In this document: positions 1-11,946 of the stretch, piece after piece
Position numbering within the stretch: the stretch's first letter is position 1
Layout of the letters: each line of letters opens with the position of its first letter
NCBI RefSeq assembly: GCF_028641065.1
Contig: NC_073378.1
Location: forward strand, 107,198,001-107,262,000
DNA length: 64,000 bases
Origin: Leucoraja erinacea
Taxonomy: Eukaryota
Reading direction: 5' to 3'
The notes under the pieces: generated by a model
Database searches by the model: none
Told to the model about the DNA's origin: nothing
What the model saw: the letters and a program-made list of their open reading frames with translations, nothing else
Made by a program: the position numbers and the translations under genes

Positions 1-1554
1 TCATTATATATTTTATTCTGAAGTTGTTGACATTATGCCACACTACAGGTGATGTTAGCAAAATGGTCATGAAATAAATTAGAAAATCTCTAGCAAACTG
101 TGAGGGAGGGGAGGGGAGAGAGTGGAGGGCATCCATTAGTAAAGGCAGTATTTTCTTTGGAGTTCCAGGCGGCAACACATTGTACATGTTAATATTTGCA
201 ATCTATGTTAAACGAGCTGGAAATGTGACTATTGTGCACATGTTTGCAGATGACCGAGTTCAGGTCAAAGTAGAAAAGGTTTGAAACTGACCGACAGACA
301 ATGCTTGGAATTTGAATGAGTTGGAGGATCCAATCATGCCATGTGGAAATCTTTCCTTTTTTAAATCCTTTTTACTTCTGATTGAAACGCAACAATGAGA
401 CTTTCAAGTTACTCAATCAAAATCATTTCCTAACTGAAATAAACAGAAAATGCTGGAAATACTTAGGCAATGCCTGCGAGATGAAAAACAAAGTTATTAT
501 TCGTGATTGGTGAATAGGTTACTGACCCAAAATACCAACCCTAGTTTCTTTCTCTACTTGACATGTTGAGATTTCCAGTATCTACAGTTTTCCCCCATAT
601 TTTTCCAGATTTTAACTGGCATTTTCCAACAGTAGGGAAGATTTTATGCTGAAGATTATTGACCTAGCTGCAGTGATACCACAGCGTTCTGTAAAAATGA
701 CCCTGCTGTAATTGTTTCTTTGTGACTGGTACAAAGAAATCAACAGATCTGTACCCTATTGCACTGGTTTAATCTCGTGCTTCAGCAATGTGCTTTCCCC
801 TGAGAAAATACCTAAATTGCATGTCAACCTGCTGCAATCCGGCTAAATTTGATTTTTGCAATTTGTCATTTCAAGGATACGACATAGAATATCAATCAAT
901 ATTTGAAATGTGAGGATACAAGTACGTTGGAAGAGACTTACAAGAAAGCTTGACAATGATCAAGCCAACATAATGGAATTACACAACGATGATAGCTGAG
1001 AAAATATTTGATCCAGGGACAGATACAGAAAAAAAACCTTTTCAGATCCTGCTATTTACAGTAACTATTGTGTTGTAACCTGAACATTTCATACCTGACC
1101 AATTACAAAGCAACACTGCAATACATTTATAACACCCAAGTTTTTTACCAGTTGGAAAATTATTTATTTTCTAATTGGTCAGAGATCAAGTTTTGCTTCT
1201 GATATTTATTGAATTTGTTTAATAATTATTGGGTAGCTCTTCAAAAATCCTGAACACTATTCAAAATGTATTTGTACATTGCTGTGAGTGTTAAAGAAAA
1301 ACTCTATCCTAATTTTTATAGAATTTTGAAATAACAGTAAGTTAGTTAAATTATCAAGTCAACCCAATAAGTTCACTATATCATGATAATACCGCATTAA
1401 ACTTTATTAATTTCCTAGAAACCCAACTAACACTGCTGTTTCCTGAAAGTGGGTTACAGGTGCAGGTCGATACTAATGCAGAGGTCTTCTTTTAAGCATT
1501 AAAAGATTTCAAGTCCCAGATTTTTAGTTGAGGAATCTAACCATAAGTGATGGT

Positions 1555-1675
1555 AGACAAAAGTGCTGGAGAAATTCAGCGGGTGAGGCAGTATCTATGG
1601 AGCGAAGGAATAGGTGACGTTTCGGGTCGAGACCCTTCTTCAGACTGATGTGGGGGTGGTGGGGGGAAGAAGACT
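1555..1675 (-). mobile_element. Penelope-like element terminal (pLTR) fragment with hammerhead motif
   Basis: Matches the terminus of the GIY-YIG-bearing copies at 8401 and 42325; flanked by direct repeat ATAAGTGATGGT (1543-1554, 1676-1687). Confidence 0.8.
1615..1643 (-). ncRNA. Minimal type I hammerhead ribozyme motif
   Basis: Minus strand reads CTGAAGA-A-GGGT(CTCG)ACCC-GAAA-CGTC: catalytic boxes, stem II, palindromic ACGT stem III and GUC cleavage triplet. Confidence 0.65.
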
Positions 1676-2019
1676 ATAAGTGATGGTCTGTCCTCCTTAT
1701 CAATTGCTCAAATGTAATTCAACAGCCCAAATTATAGTGAAATAACATTTGTTTCCTGAGATTGATGTCGAGTTTCTCTATATATTTCTCCGACGTGATG
1801 GCAATGAATAAAGGGCTCTGATGGCCAGCACAAGCTCAGTCCAACACTGCTCTGCAGAGCAAAGACATTCAACTCGTTTTACTTCATCCAATGATGGGAA
1901 TGTGGAAGATAAGATTACTATATTTTCAGGCTTCTTCCATAGGCAAGTAGTTTAACACAACCTGACTGGTTCCTTACTGGTTATATGTTACTTACTGGTT
2001 ATGTGTTCTCCCTTCACCA

Positions 2020-2350
2020 ATCCCAATGTTTGAAAAGCCAGAATATAGTGGATGTGAAGAGGATATTTCAACTAGTGGGAGAGTCTAGGAACTGATGGCA
2101 CAACCTCAGAATAAAAGGAGATGAGGAATTTATTTTGTCAGAGGGTGGTGGATATGTGAAATTCATTGCCACAGTTTGTTATGGAGGCCGTGTCTTTGGA
2201 CATTTGTAAAGTGGAAATTGATAGGGTATCAAGGGTTACAGGGAGAAGACACAAGAATGGAGTTGAGAGGGAACAATAGAACAGTATGATTGAATGGCGA
2301 AGTAGACGCAATGGGCCGAATGGCATAATTTGGCTCTTATGAGTTACGAA
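2020..2350 (+). mobile_element. CR1 LINE 3' fragment (degraded)
   Basis: Similar to the 3' end and UTR of the element at 46409-49507 (gggccgaatggc motif). Confidence 0.75.
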
Positions 2351-2607
2351 CTAATGAATCATTTACGTTCACCAACAAACTCTGACTGTCTTGTGCTTTG
2401 GTTTTCCATAGGATAAGGCAGTGATTACATACAACATTAGGTTTGCTCTTTTCTCAAACTATGTAATATAGCCACATACAATAAATATGATGGTTCAAAA
2501 TTTCAATTGAAAAATAACTCATTCTACCAATCAACCTTCAGATTCATATGTATCCCGAATAAGTAAACATTAATAGCACAAAGTTGAATAATAAAATAAA
2601 TACTCAC

Positions 2608-2844
2608 AGTTACTCCAAAGAAATTGGTTTCATTCATGGAATCCAGAAAGATCTGACCAAGGTCTTTGTTCATGTAAGTAAAGTCGCGGATGGTTTGTGC
2701 ATGACCCATACGTTTCAAACTATCCATCGCTCGTTGTAAAGTCGTGGCAATTACCCAAATTCCATCATACGCAAATCCGTGAAATTTGCTATATTCAGCA
2801 CTACCTCTCATTTTGTTGTAGTCTTGCTCATATTGTTGAGGTGT
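2608..2844 (-). CDS. GABBR2: GABBR2(-like) coding exon, equivalent to human exon 7
   Basis: 237 bp, cag|ACA...ACT|gtgagt; TPQQYEQDYNKMRGSAEYSKFHGFAYDGIWVIA...MNETNFFGVT (inside ORF 2524..2880). Confidence 0.96.
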
Positions 2845-3135
2845 CTGCAGGAAATAATAAATACGATAAACACATTTCAATTCATGATCTAGGGTAAATC
2901 ATGAAGAAAATAAAAAGTTTACTTCTTTCTTCAGTTTTTCCATCCCGTTCACTTCCCCTACCACTGCAGTGTTCTCACATGGTGTTCCCAGCTCGCAGAG
3001 TAACATCACTTCTCCTCAGAATGGCAGGTGCTCCTCATGAATAGATTTAGTATTCTTGGCACATGATGAATTTCTCATAATTCATTCATGTTTATATGAA
3101 ACTCTGAACAGTGCATTGAAAACATAAATATTCAC

Positions 3136-3324
3136 CTGTCCAGATATCGTCTTGATGGCTTTTGTACTTAGTGGCTCAAAATCCACTGCTACATATCCTT
3201 CCATGGCAGTGAGCAGATGTTTCACAGTACAGTTAATGGATGCAGCTATTTTCCACCAGTTTAGCTGGTACCAGCCGGGAATAATCCATTGGTATTTAAT
3301 TCCATGCATATTTTCATTATAAGC
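3136..3324 (-). CDS. GABBR2: GABBR2(-like) coding exon, equivalent to human exon 6
   Basis: 189 bp, tag|GCT...CAG|gtgaat; [63 protein letters not shown] (overlaps ORF 3082..3309). Confidence 0.95.
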
Positions 3325-3480
3325 CTAAAAATAAAGAACACAGCAATATAAATCATTCAATAAACATGGCTACGTGCATATTTCATTGCAACAGGGACAA
3401 TTATGATAGCACATGATTAGATGCTTAAATGATGTGATGCTTTGGTAAAATAAATTTAGAAAAGCAGTTTCCGTAAACTA

Positions 3481-3770
3481 ATTAGTTTAGTTTAGTTTAA
3501 AGTTGCAGCATGGAAACAGCCTATTAGCCCACCTAGTTCACGCCAACCAATGATCGCTTGTGCACTAGTTCTATCCTACACACTAAGGACAATTTATAGA
3601 AGCCAATTGACCTACAAACCTGCATGTCTTTGGAATATGAGAGGAAACTGGAGCACCCGGAGAAAACCCATGAACATACAAACTCCATACAGAGAGCACC
3701 CGTAGTCAGGATCGAACCCGGGTTTCTGGCACTAAGGCAACAACTCTACCACTGCACCGCTGTACCGCCC
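3481..3770 (-). mobile_element. tRNA-derived V-SINE (HE1-like)
   Basis: On minus: tRNA-like head (gcggtacagcggtgcagtggtagagttgttgcc, B box ggttcgatcc), V-domain-like ccgggtgctccagtttcctc and (taaac)n tail. Confidence 0.8.
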
Positions 3771-4249
3771 CCGAATATGAACAGAATGGAAAAATCCCCT
3801 GCAGTCCATCTTGCCCATGCCGATGAAATTGGCATATCGGGTGAGTTCCATTTGTCTCATTTGGTCCACAGCTCTCAGAAACCTTCCTATCTATATTTTA
3901 CTTTCCAAAATGTTTTCTAAAATTCCTAATTGTAACCATACGTTTCAACATTACAATTGTCAGCAAATGTTTGGAATTATTTTTGAGAGAGGGTTGTTTA
4001 GAATGCCCCATGCAAAAATATGTAAGCAGCATTAATGACAGCTTAAAATGAATAGATTAGCAGTAAAAAAACAGACACAGCAACAGACATAGAACAGGTC
4101 CAACTTATTCATATGTGGATGCAAGTGGTTGATCGATATCTTTATTCATTCTATTCAGAATTTTCACACATGGAAATTAAATTTCTAATACTCTGACTCA
4201 ATTAAAGATAGCTGAATGAGGTGGATGGTGGTTCAGGACTGCTCTCTTG

Positions 4250-4430
4250 TTGGTGATAGGATGGTTAGTTGTTGAATCTGGAGGTATGCATTTTCACACT
4301 TCTGCACCTCTTGCCTGATGGGAGAGGGGAGAAGAGGGAATGTCTGGGGTGAGACACATCCTTGATTATGCTGGTGGTCTTGTGAGGCAGCATAAAGCAT
4401 AGATGGAGTCAATTGAAGGGAGGTTAGTTT
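4250..4430 (-). mobile_element. Rex1/Babar-like LINE 3' fragment (degraded)
   Basis: Resembles the 3' parts of the copies at 24338-25972 and 57300-57780. Confidence 0.5.
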
Positions 4431-5176
4431 AGAACCCTAAAACCAAATGAAGTAGACCATACAGCATCTTACGACTGCTCTACTGTTCATGCAACCCATT
4501 GTGGATCATTTTAATTGGTTTGGTTTATTTATTGTCATGTGCACAGAGTTACAGTGAAATGCTTGCTCTGCATTCTATCCAGTCAAATCACACCATGCAA
4601 TAGATCCTCATCTGAAACAGCACACAGACACATTCTGGCACCATTATTCAACTTCAGAGTCTTCATGTACCTCCAGTCCAGTTTAGAATCTAACAGTTAT
4701 ATCCTAACTCTCCAAAGATCTAGCCATTTCAGCCTTTCGAATACTCAATAAGTGAGCATCCACAGCCCATTGAGGTGGAGGATTCCAAATACTTCGCTCT
4801 GGTGGAGTAATGAGTACAGTTTCCCATTAATCCTGTAAATTAGTTCCATTCTTGTGGAAACCTTATTGGAAACAAGATTCAGAATTACAGCAAGAAGGAT
4901 TGAGGAAAGGTATTGGAACAATATCAGAGCCTTGCATGACACCAGTTTACATTGAGATTATGGTTGTCGTGGACACATTAATTAAGCTCTTGTACAAAAA
5001 AACATGATGATCAAGACCTGAAGTTTAAAACAGGACTCAGGTGGTGTCAAAAACAAAGAGGGCAATAGGTTTATGATGACAGGAAGGATTTTAAAAGAGA
5101 TCTGATGAGCAAGCTTTATGCAAAACATATGGTTTATCAGGCAGTAGCCCCTGCTCTCATGTACATTTCAGATACA

Positions 5177-6043
5177 TCTATATATTTCGATAATACTAAA
5201 AGTCTTCCTATTGTTTATGTTTGTGCCCATGATCCACCCAAAGCCCGACAGCCATCTGGTACCTGGTGGGGAGGGTGGAGCCACCAGCCAAGCCCGGGGA
5301 CTGGGCATGGGCTGGAGCCGAGCCTGGTGCTGGAGCTGGAGTGAGGGCTGAGCCCGGGGCTTGGGATGGGGCTGTGACCGGGGCTGAGAAAGAAGCCGCT
5401 GCTGGAACCAAGGACGACCCTGGATCCAGCTGGAGATGAAGTCGGGGCCTGAACTGGAGCCCAGGCAGCGGCTGAACCAGGTACGAGAACCAGGCCGAGT
5501 TACAGGCCCTGGCACTGCTCTATGACCTGCCTAGGTGCTGGGACAGGGAATAGGAATAGAGAGAGAAATGGGGGGAATCCGGGGGGGGGGACAGGGTACC
5601 TGGGGGGGAGGGGGGGCCACCAGGGGCCCGGGACTGGGGTGAGCTGGAGCCGAGCCTGGTGCTGGAGCTGGAGTGAGGGCTGAGCCCGGGGGCTTGGGAT
5701 GGGGCTGTGGGGGCTGAGAAAGAAGGGCTGCTGGAAACCAAGGACGACCCTGGGGTGGGAGTGGGGCCTGGAGGAGGGAGGGGGGGCTGGGGAGTGGGGG
5801 CCGAGTGGAGGCCCTGGGGCTGGAGACCTGGGGAGTGGGGGTGGAGGGGGGAGATGGGGGGGTGGGGGGGGGGGGGGGGGGGGGGGGGGGGTGAGGGGAA
5901 AGATCCTGGGGAGTCGAGGAGGGAGAGTGGGGGAATATTGCATTGGGGGCTATGTGTGAGTGGGGGAATATTGCGTTGGGGGAACGGGTGAGTGGTGAAT
6001 ATTGCATTGGGGAACGGGGCCCAACAGGTACCACTTGGTCTAG
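5177..6043 (+). mobile_element. Non-autonomous Helitron-like element
   Basis: 5' TCTATAT...TAATACTAAAA; 3' degenerate hairpin ggggcccaacaggtacc followed by CTAG; inserted between A and T with no TSD; internal ~130-bp duplication and G-rich tract. Confidence 0.7.
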
Positions 6044-6940
6044 TAATGATTTAAAACGCTGGCTTAAACAATCCCTTACATCCACCAGCAGAAAAATAAA
6101 GCAATGCCACTATCCTTCCCCAGGCTAACTTTAGATGACATTAGCCAACATTCATGCCCCTATTACTTTTGATTTTGCTCTTTCGGGCAGATCTGCCAGC
6201 CTGAAACTGAAACACCTGCCCTTGTGTTAGTGTCTGCAGGTCCTGCATTGGCCTCACCTACCACCGAATTGGAGCCCAAACAAGTCATACTCAATCCTGG
6301 GGAGAGGGGGGGAAGGTAGGAGGAGACAACGACAATTGCCGGGATGCCCATCACTTTAAGAATCCGCTGAAATATACGGCAATAGTACAATCCAAAACAA
6401 TAGTTCTGCTCTCACATGACTCACAACACTCAAGGCATTGGAGAGATAACCCGGCTGCTGTCTCTGAAGTTATATATCAGATTAGTGCTGCTGAGAAATC
6501 ACTTGATTTTTATTATGCATTTCGTTGTCTCTGTACTGTACACTGACAATGACAATTAATTGAATCATTTCATTTCATTTCATTTCATTTCATTTCAATC
6601 ATTATTTTCATTCTAAAATGTTCATCATTATTCATGAGGTAAATAATATTCCAAAATGTCCTTGCACTAGAGTAGGCCAATATGTTTTTTAGTTCTGAAA
6701 CTCAGTTGGGGTCCTTTTTCACTGATACGTATCAGTGGACCATAGTGGATGCAGCCCAGATTTTTAACTATCTTTCCATTTGGTGATGAAAAGCACTAGG
6801 TGACAAAAGATTTCAGACAACACTCAGCTGATGGGCACAGCCCTGCTACAATACGAATATAGGGAACAGATAGAGCACGCTTTATCATTGTAGTGTTCTC
6901 ATTATGAAAACACAATCACACAACTTACTCCTCATTCTAG

Positions 6941-7110
6941 AAACATAGAAACAGAAAATAGGTGCAGGAGTAGGCCTTTCGGCCCTTCAAGCCAGCAATT
7001 GCCATTTAATATGATCATGGCTGATCATCCAAAATCAGTACCCTGTTCCTGCTTTCTCTCCATATCCCTTGATTAAGTTAGCCCTAAGTGCTAAATCTAA
7101 CTCTCTCTTC
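6941..7110 (-). mobile_element. CR1 LINE 3' end
   Basis: Reverse complement of the 3' UTR and tail of 46409-49507. Confidence 0.8.
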
Positions 7111-7229
7111 AATACATCTTGTATCCAAAATGCAATTTAAATTTATCAGAATAAAATTTCCTCTGTTGATAAATATATCAAGTGAAATGTCATGCTATAA
7201 GATGCAGCAAAAATGACATGATCATTTTA

Positions 7230-7515
7230 TAATAATAATAATTATTATAATATTATATTTTATTGTCATTGCACATAAGTGCAACGACATTTGGTATGCA
7301 GCTTCCATCTGATGTCATACTTAAATAACTAATAACATTTAGATTTAGATACCCCGGGCATTCAGCAGGGCCGGTTCAGAGCCGCTATAGCTCTGGGAAT
7401 GAAGCTGTTCCTGAGTCTGGAGGTTCGGGCGTAGAAGGCCTTGTCACGTCTGCCAGAGGGAAGTAGTTTGAACAGTCCATTACAAGGGTATGAGGAGTCT
7501 TTATGGATGTTGATG
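7230..7515 (-). mobile_element. Rex1/Babar-like LINE 3' fragment with (AAT)n tail
   Basis: (aat)n followed by tttattgtcatt, as at 24338. Confidence 0.6.
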
Positions 7516-8400
7516 TCAATGTTTTCGATAAAATTTTAAAATTGGCAAGAATTTTAACCTCTTGGATCAGCCTTAATACAAGTTTTTATTCATCTCTCCT
7601 CTGTGACTGTGCCTACCTCCAAATCAGGAGCGTGTTGCACTACTTTTAATTTGGTTGCGTGAGTCCTGCTCGAACAATCCAATGAAGCTCGACACTATAA
7701 AGAACTGTCTGCCTACTTCAGTGGCACTCCCCCCACCAGACTCAACATTCTCTTCTTCATCACTGGTGCACTGAGGCTGCAGGGCGTACCTACTATAGAA
7801 TACACTGGCCCAGGTACCTGGTACCCACAACCACCAAGAACAATCAGGACAAAATGTCCATGGGAACATTACCACCCATAGGTTTCCTTCTTGGTTGGCA
7901 TGATAAGTTGAGCTGAAGGGCTTGTTTATTCATACATTCACCAATGTTGAAAACATTAGCGATGCAGTGGTGCTGGTTTCCAACGGAAACGGTGACGGAC
8001 GCACCACACATCTCTGATCTCTGTCCTCGAGTTCCTGCGGACTACCACCGCTGGAAGCATAGGATTTTGGTGTGTGTGCTTTATCATCATTCCTATGTAC
8101 GTGTGCTTTATCACAATGCTATGTACGACAGTGATCGCAACGGTTTAGGCGCCGACTTTCCGACTATGGAGCAGGTAGCACGGGATTACATGGTACCCGT
8201 GGCGGGGGGAACTCCCCCCCGACCTGACCTATTTCTCTTTGACTATCAAATTCACATACCATTCAGACTTGGAAACTGCTATTCTAAATAGTGGAATCCG
8301 ACCCAATAACATTCACCAGAGGTTCAAACAAAATAAGGTTCAACAAGAAGCAATCTGTGGTGGAGAGAGTGCAGACAAGGTTCACCAGGATGTTCCATGT

Positions 8401-8772
8401 ACTTGGGCAGCTTACAACCCAGTGGTATGAATATTGATTTATCTAACTTCTAGTAACCATTGCGTCCCCCCCTCTCTCCATCCCTCCCCCCCAAGTTGTA
8501 TTAGTTTCAAAGTCGTCTTGTTGAGTCTCATTGTCTGCAACCTGTTTTCCCCAAGCTCACAGCTAACAATGGCCTGTTTCCTTTATCATCTTTTTTATTG
8601 TGATTATCTTTCATTCATTTGTTCTATATCTCTCTATATCAATCTCTATCTTTCATTTCCCTTTCCCCAACTCTCAGTCTGAAGAAGGGTCTCGATCCGA
8701 AACATCACCTATTCCTTTTCTCTAGAGATGCTGTTTCACCCGCTGATTACTCCAGCTTTTTTGTGTCTATCT
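8401..8772 (+). mobile_element. Penelope-like element 3' end (ORF C-terminus plus pLTR)
   Basis: Encodes LGSLQPSGMNIDLSNF*, homologous to the end of the GIY-YIG region near 42640-42690; hammerhead motif at 8679-8706. Confidence 0.75.
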
Positions 8773-8911
8773 TCCATATACATACTTGTATACCCATTTT
8801 CTGCTTTATTTCAAGAGAACCACTCAGGCTCTATATTTTGACAGTTCTCTACACAGCACTACAAGGTGCTGTATGGAAATAAGAATACTAATGTCACCAT
8901 TTCATACTCAC

Positions 8912-8977
8912 ACAGCAAAATACCTTCGCTGCCATCCTCTCATCAAACTGGCCGAGAATAATTCGGACATCATTATC
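8912..8977 (-). CDS. GABBR2: GABBR2(-like) coding exon, equivalent to human exon 5
   Basis: 66 bp, cag|GAT...TGT|gtgagt; [22 protein letters not shown]. Confidence 0.95.
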
Positions 8978-9654
8978 CTGCAACAAGAGGAAATCGCATT
9001 CAGAAAACAAATGTGCAAATTAATGAATTTGGTTATAAGGATTGGTCAAGTGTGATGGACGTAAAATTGAATTAGTGAAAATAAACTGTTTAACATAACT
9101 ATGCTCTGAAATTTCTTCCCCTACTATATTTTGGGAGTACTTTCACCAAAAGAACTTCAGTGGTCCAAGGGCAATTAAAATTGGGCCACAAATGGTGGCC
9201 TCACCAGCAACACTAACATCCTAGACACGAATGAAAGGAAATGTGTTGCATATCTAGGGAGTGACTGAGTAATATCATGTCAGCCACACATCATATTTGC
9301 CTTTGAGTTTTAATTTCTTTTGATGTCAGAGGCTTTTGATTAAGCAGGAATGAAACAGGATTACATACTACATACCACGACACTCTCACAGGATATTTAG
9401 ACAAGTACTCATTTTTAATGGTTACTAATTGCATGGATAGAAAAAAGAAACCACCTCAGGTAGTGGTGCTCAGCAGATGGAAATTAATCAGTGGCCCATT
9501 GTATGCTTCTCCTGATATTCGACTTAATTTCATTGTAGCCACTAAAATTAAACGTGAATGATTTATAACATGGGGCTAATCAGATTCCATAATCATTTTG
9601 TATCATCTTCAGAGACAAATTTCTAACTGCAAATTTTCAAAGTTATGTTTCAAC

Positions 9655-10320
9655 ACTGTGCAGCGGTAGAGCTGCTGCCTTACAGCGCCAGAGACCTAGG
9701 TTCGATCCTGACCACGAGTACTGTCCGTATGGAGTTCATACATTCTCCCTGTGACCCTGTGAGCAAAGAGGTCCTTCTGCAGTTGTATAGGGCCCTGGTG
9801 AGACCACACCTGGAGTATTGTGTGCAGTTTTTGTCCCCTAATTTGAGGAAGGACATTATTGCTATTGAGGGAGTGCAGCGTAGGTTTACAAGGTTAATTC
9901 CCGGGATGGCAGGACTGTCATATGCTGAGATAATGGAGCGGCTGGGCTTTTAGAAGGATGAGAGGTAATTTTATTGAAACATATAAGCTTATTTGGACAT
10001 GCTAGAGGCAGGAAACCATGTTCCTGATGTTGGGGGACTCCAGAACCAGGGACCACTGTTTAAGAATAAGGGGTAAGCCATTTAGAACGGAGATGAGGAA
10101 ACACTTTTTCACACAGGTTGATTTTCTTGATACTTTCAAGTTCTTATTCTTAAACTGTGACCACAGGTTCTGGAGTCCCCCAACATGGGGAACATTTTTC
10201 CTGCATCTAGCCTGTCCAATCCCTTAAGAATTTTATATGTTTCGATAAGATATCCTCTCATCCTTCTAAATTCCAGTGAAAACAAGCACAGTCAACCCAT
10301 TCTTTCATCATATGTCAGTC
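9655..10320. mobile_element. Composite: V-SINE head, CR1 3' fragment (+) and inverted CR1 fragment (-)
   Basis: SINE head 9655-9758; ORF 9645..9953 contains EVLLQLYRALVRPHLEYCVQF; 10143-10320 is the reverse complement of part of the same segment. Confidence 0.75.
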
Positions 10321-11844
10321 GTGCCAATAACCTAGACGCTCCCATTTGTGAAAACTTCTTCTTCACCTCCAGACCTTTCATTATCCAGTAAGTTTCAATG
10401 AGGTCCCCCCTCACATCCAGCAAGTACTGGTACAGTGCCTTCAAATGCTCATCATATGTTGTTCCAATCATTCTCATAAACCTCCTCTGGACAGTTTCCA
10501 ATGCCAACACATCCCTCTTCAAATATGGACCCAAACACTGCAGACAATACTCCAAATAAATAGGAAGTAGCCATTTCCTTCCAGTGGCAATATACAAGGT
10601 GATGACCGTGCTCTGGAAGAAACATTATAATAGTACTCGTAAATTGCTGAGCTATTATGCTGAGGATAAGACATTGAGGGAATGAGATTGAAGGGATTGT
10701 TCAGTTGTGATCTGGATTAGTCTGGATGGGTTGAATGACATTTCAATGTACCAAGTTGCCTTCTGGAGCTCTGGGTCTGGTACAATCAATGACTGCTTTC
10801 CCTGCTGTGTTCCTATATCTTGTCCTTTGAAGTGAATTTTCATCTGCAGCAGCTCCAACGCCACATTGTAAGAGTGCATAAATGAATGCACGATCCTTGT
10901 TACATATCAGTAAAAGCCTCACTACCACAGTGAGATGAAGTGCTCCTGAACAAATTATTGTTTAGATTGCAGAAACACATCATTAACATAACACTTGTCA
11001 AAATAGTCTGAAGTTAACAAAGTTTTTTTGAAAAATGATTGTTCAAAGGTTTGGAATTGTTTTTTTCAATATGCCACACATGCCTTTGTAGTACAAATCA
11101 CAAATACTGCATCAATAAAATAAATCCAATAGACCAGAAAAGCACCAATGTTTTAAATGTGCTCAGCTAACAGATTTACTACAGTATAAAACATGTGCAA
11201 GAACCATTTGGCTGTCTAAAGCTCCTGATTTGCATATAGTCATACAACTTGCTTATTTTTATGTTCTTACATTGTGAAGCTCAAAAAGTTTTTTTTTTTA
11301 AATGATTAGATCATTCATTGCATTTGTTTCTCTAAACTTGCTGAATTCCTGTTGTCAAGTTGTTATAAGCACAGTGGATAATGGCCATGCACCCACAACA
11401 TTGAACCCTGGTCTATCACCACTCAGAAATGCTAATATTAAGATCCCTAATTGAGTGACCCCATTTACTGAACTATAGAATACCAGTTTACCTGATATTC
11501 CAAGGCATTATTTCCAAAAGACAGCAATAGCTGAGAAATGAATAATGAGTAGCCTTGGTGATTTGCTTCTTGTGATAATGGACAATGTTTTGACAGTGTC
11601 TGGAAGTGTGAAAATCATTCCTTTCACCAATATCAATATCCACAAAGGTTCCAGCTGGAATCAATGATATATTAGAGAAATCTGATCAGGTGATGATTTC
11701 TAAATTCATGTCATTTGAATTCTGAAGACAATCAGGGTGGAACTTTAATCTCACTTCAAGGGTAAAATATAGTTTTGCTTTTTACCCATTAACTCAGATT
11801 AATAGAGGATATAAAAATAAAATGGCAATATTTCCTTTACTTAC

Positions 11845-11946
11845 CCTGAGCTTTCTGACGCTCAAACACGGATCATTAGAGAAGCTCTCAGTGTCAGCGA
11901 TTTGAATGTCAGCTTTCTCCAGTTCACTGGTTAAATCATTCCTCAC
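11845..11946 (-). CDS. GABBR2: GABBR2(-like) coding exon, equivalent to human exon 4
   Basis: 102 bp, cag|GTG...AGG|gtaagt; [34 protein letters not shown]. Confidence 0.95.

Noticed and set aside
2524-3309. ORF-track starts and stops for ORFs 2524..2880 and 3082..3309
   Set aside because: The coding parts are bounded by splice sites; the extensions are intronic read-through.
3700-3770. tRNA-like sequences at SINE heads
   Set aside because: They run into V-SINE bodies and lack a full cloverleaf; not tRNA genes.
5500-6085. Pro-rich and Gly-rich ORFs here and at 55770-57247 and 60773-61328
   Set aside because: Translations of G/C tracts inside Helitron-like repeats.
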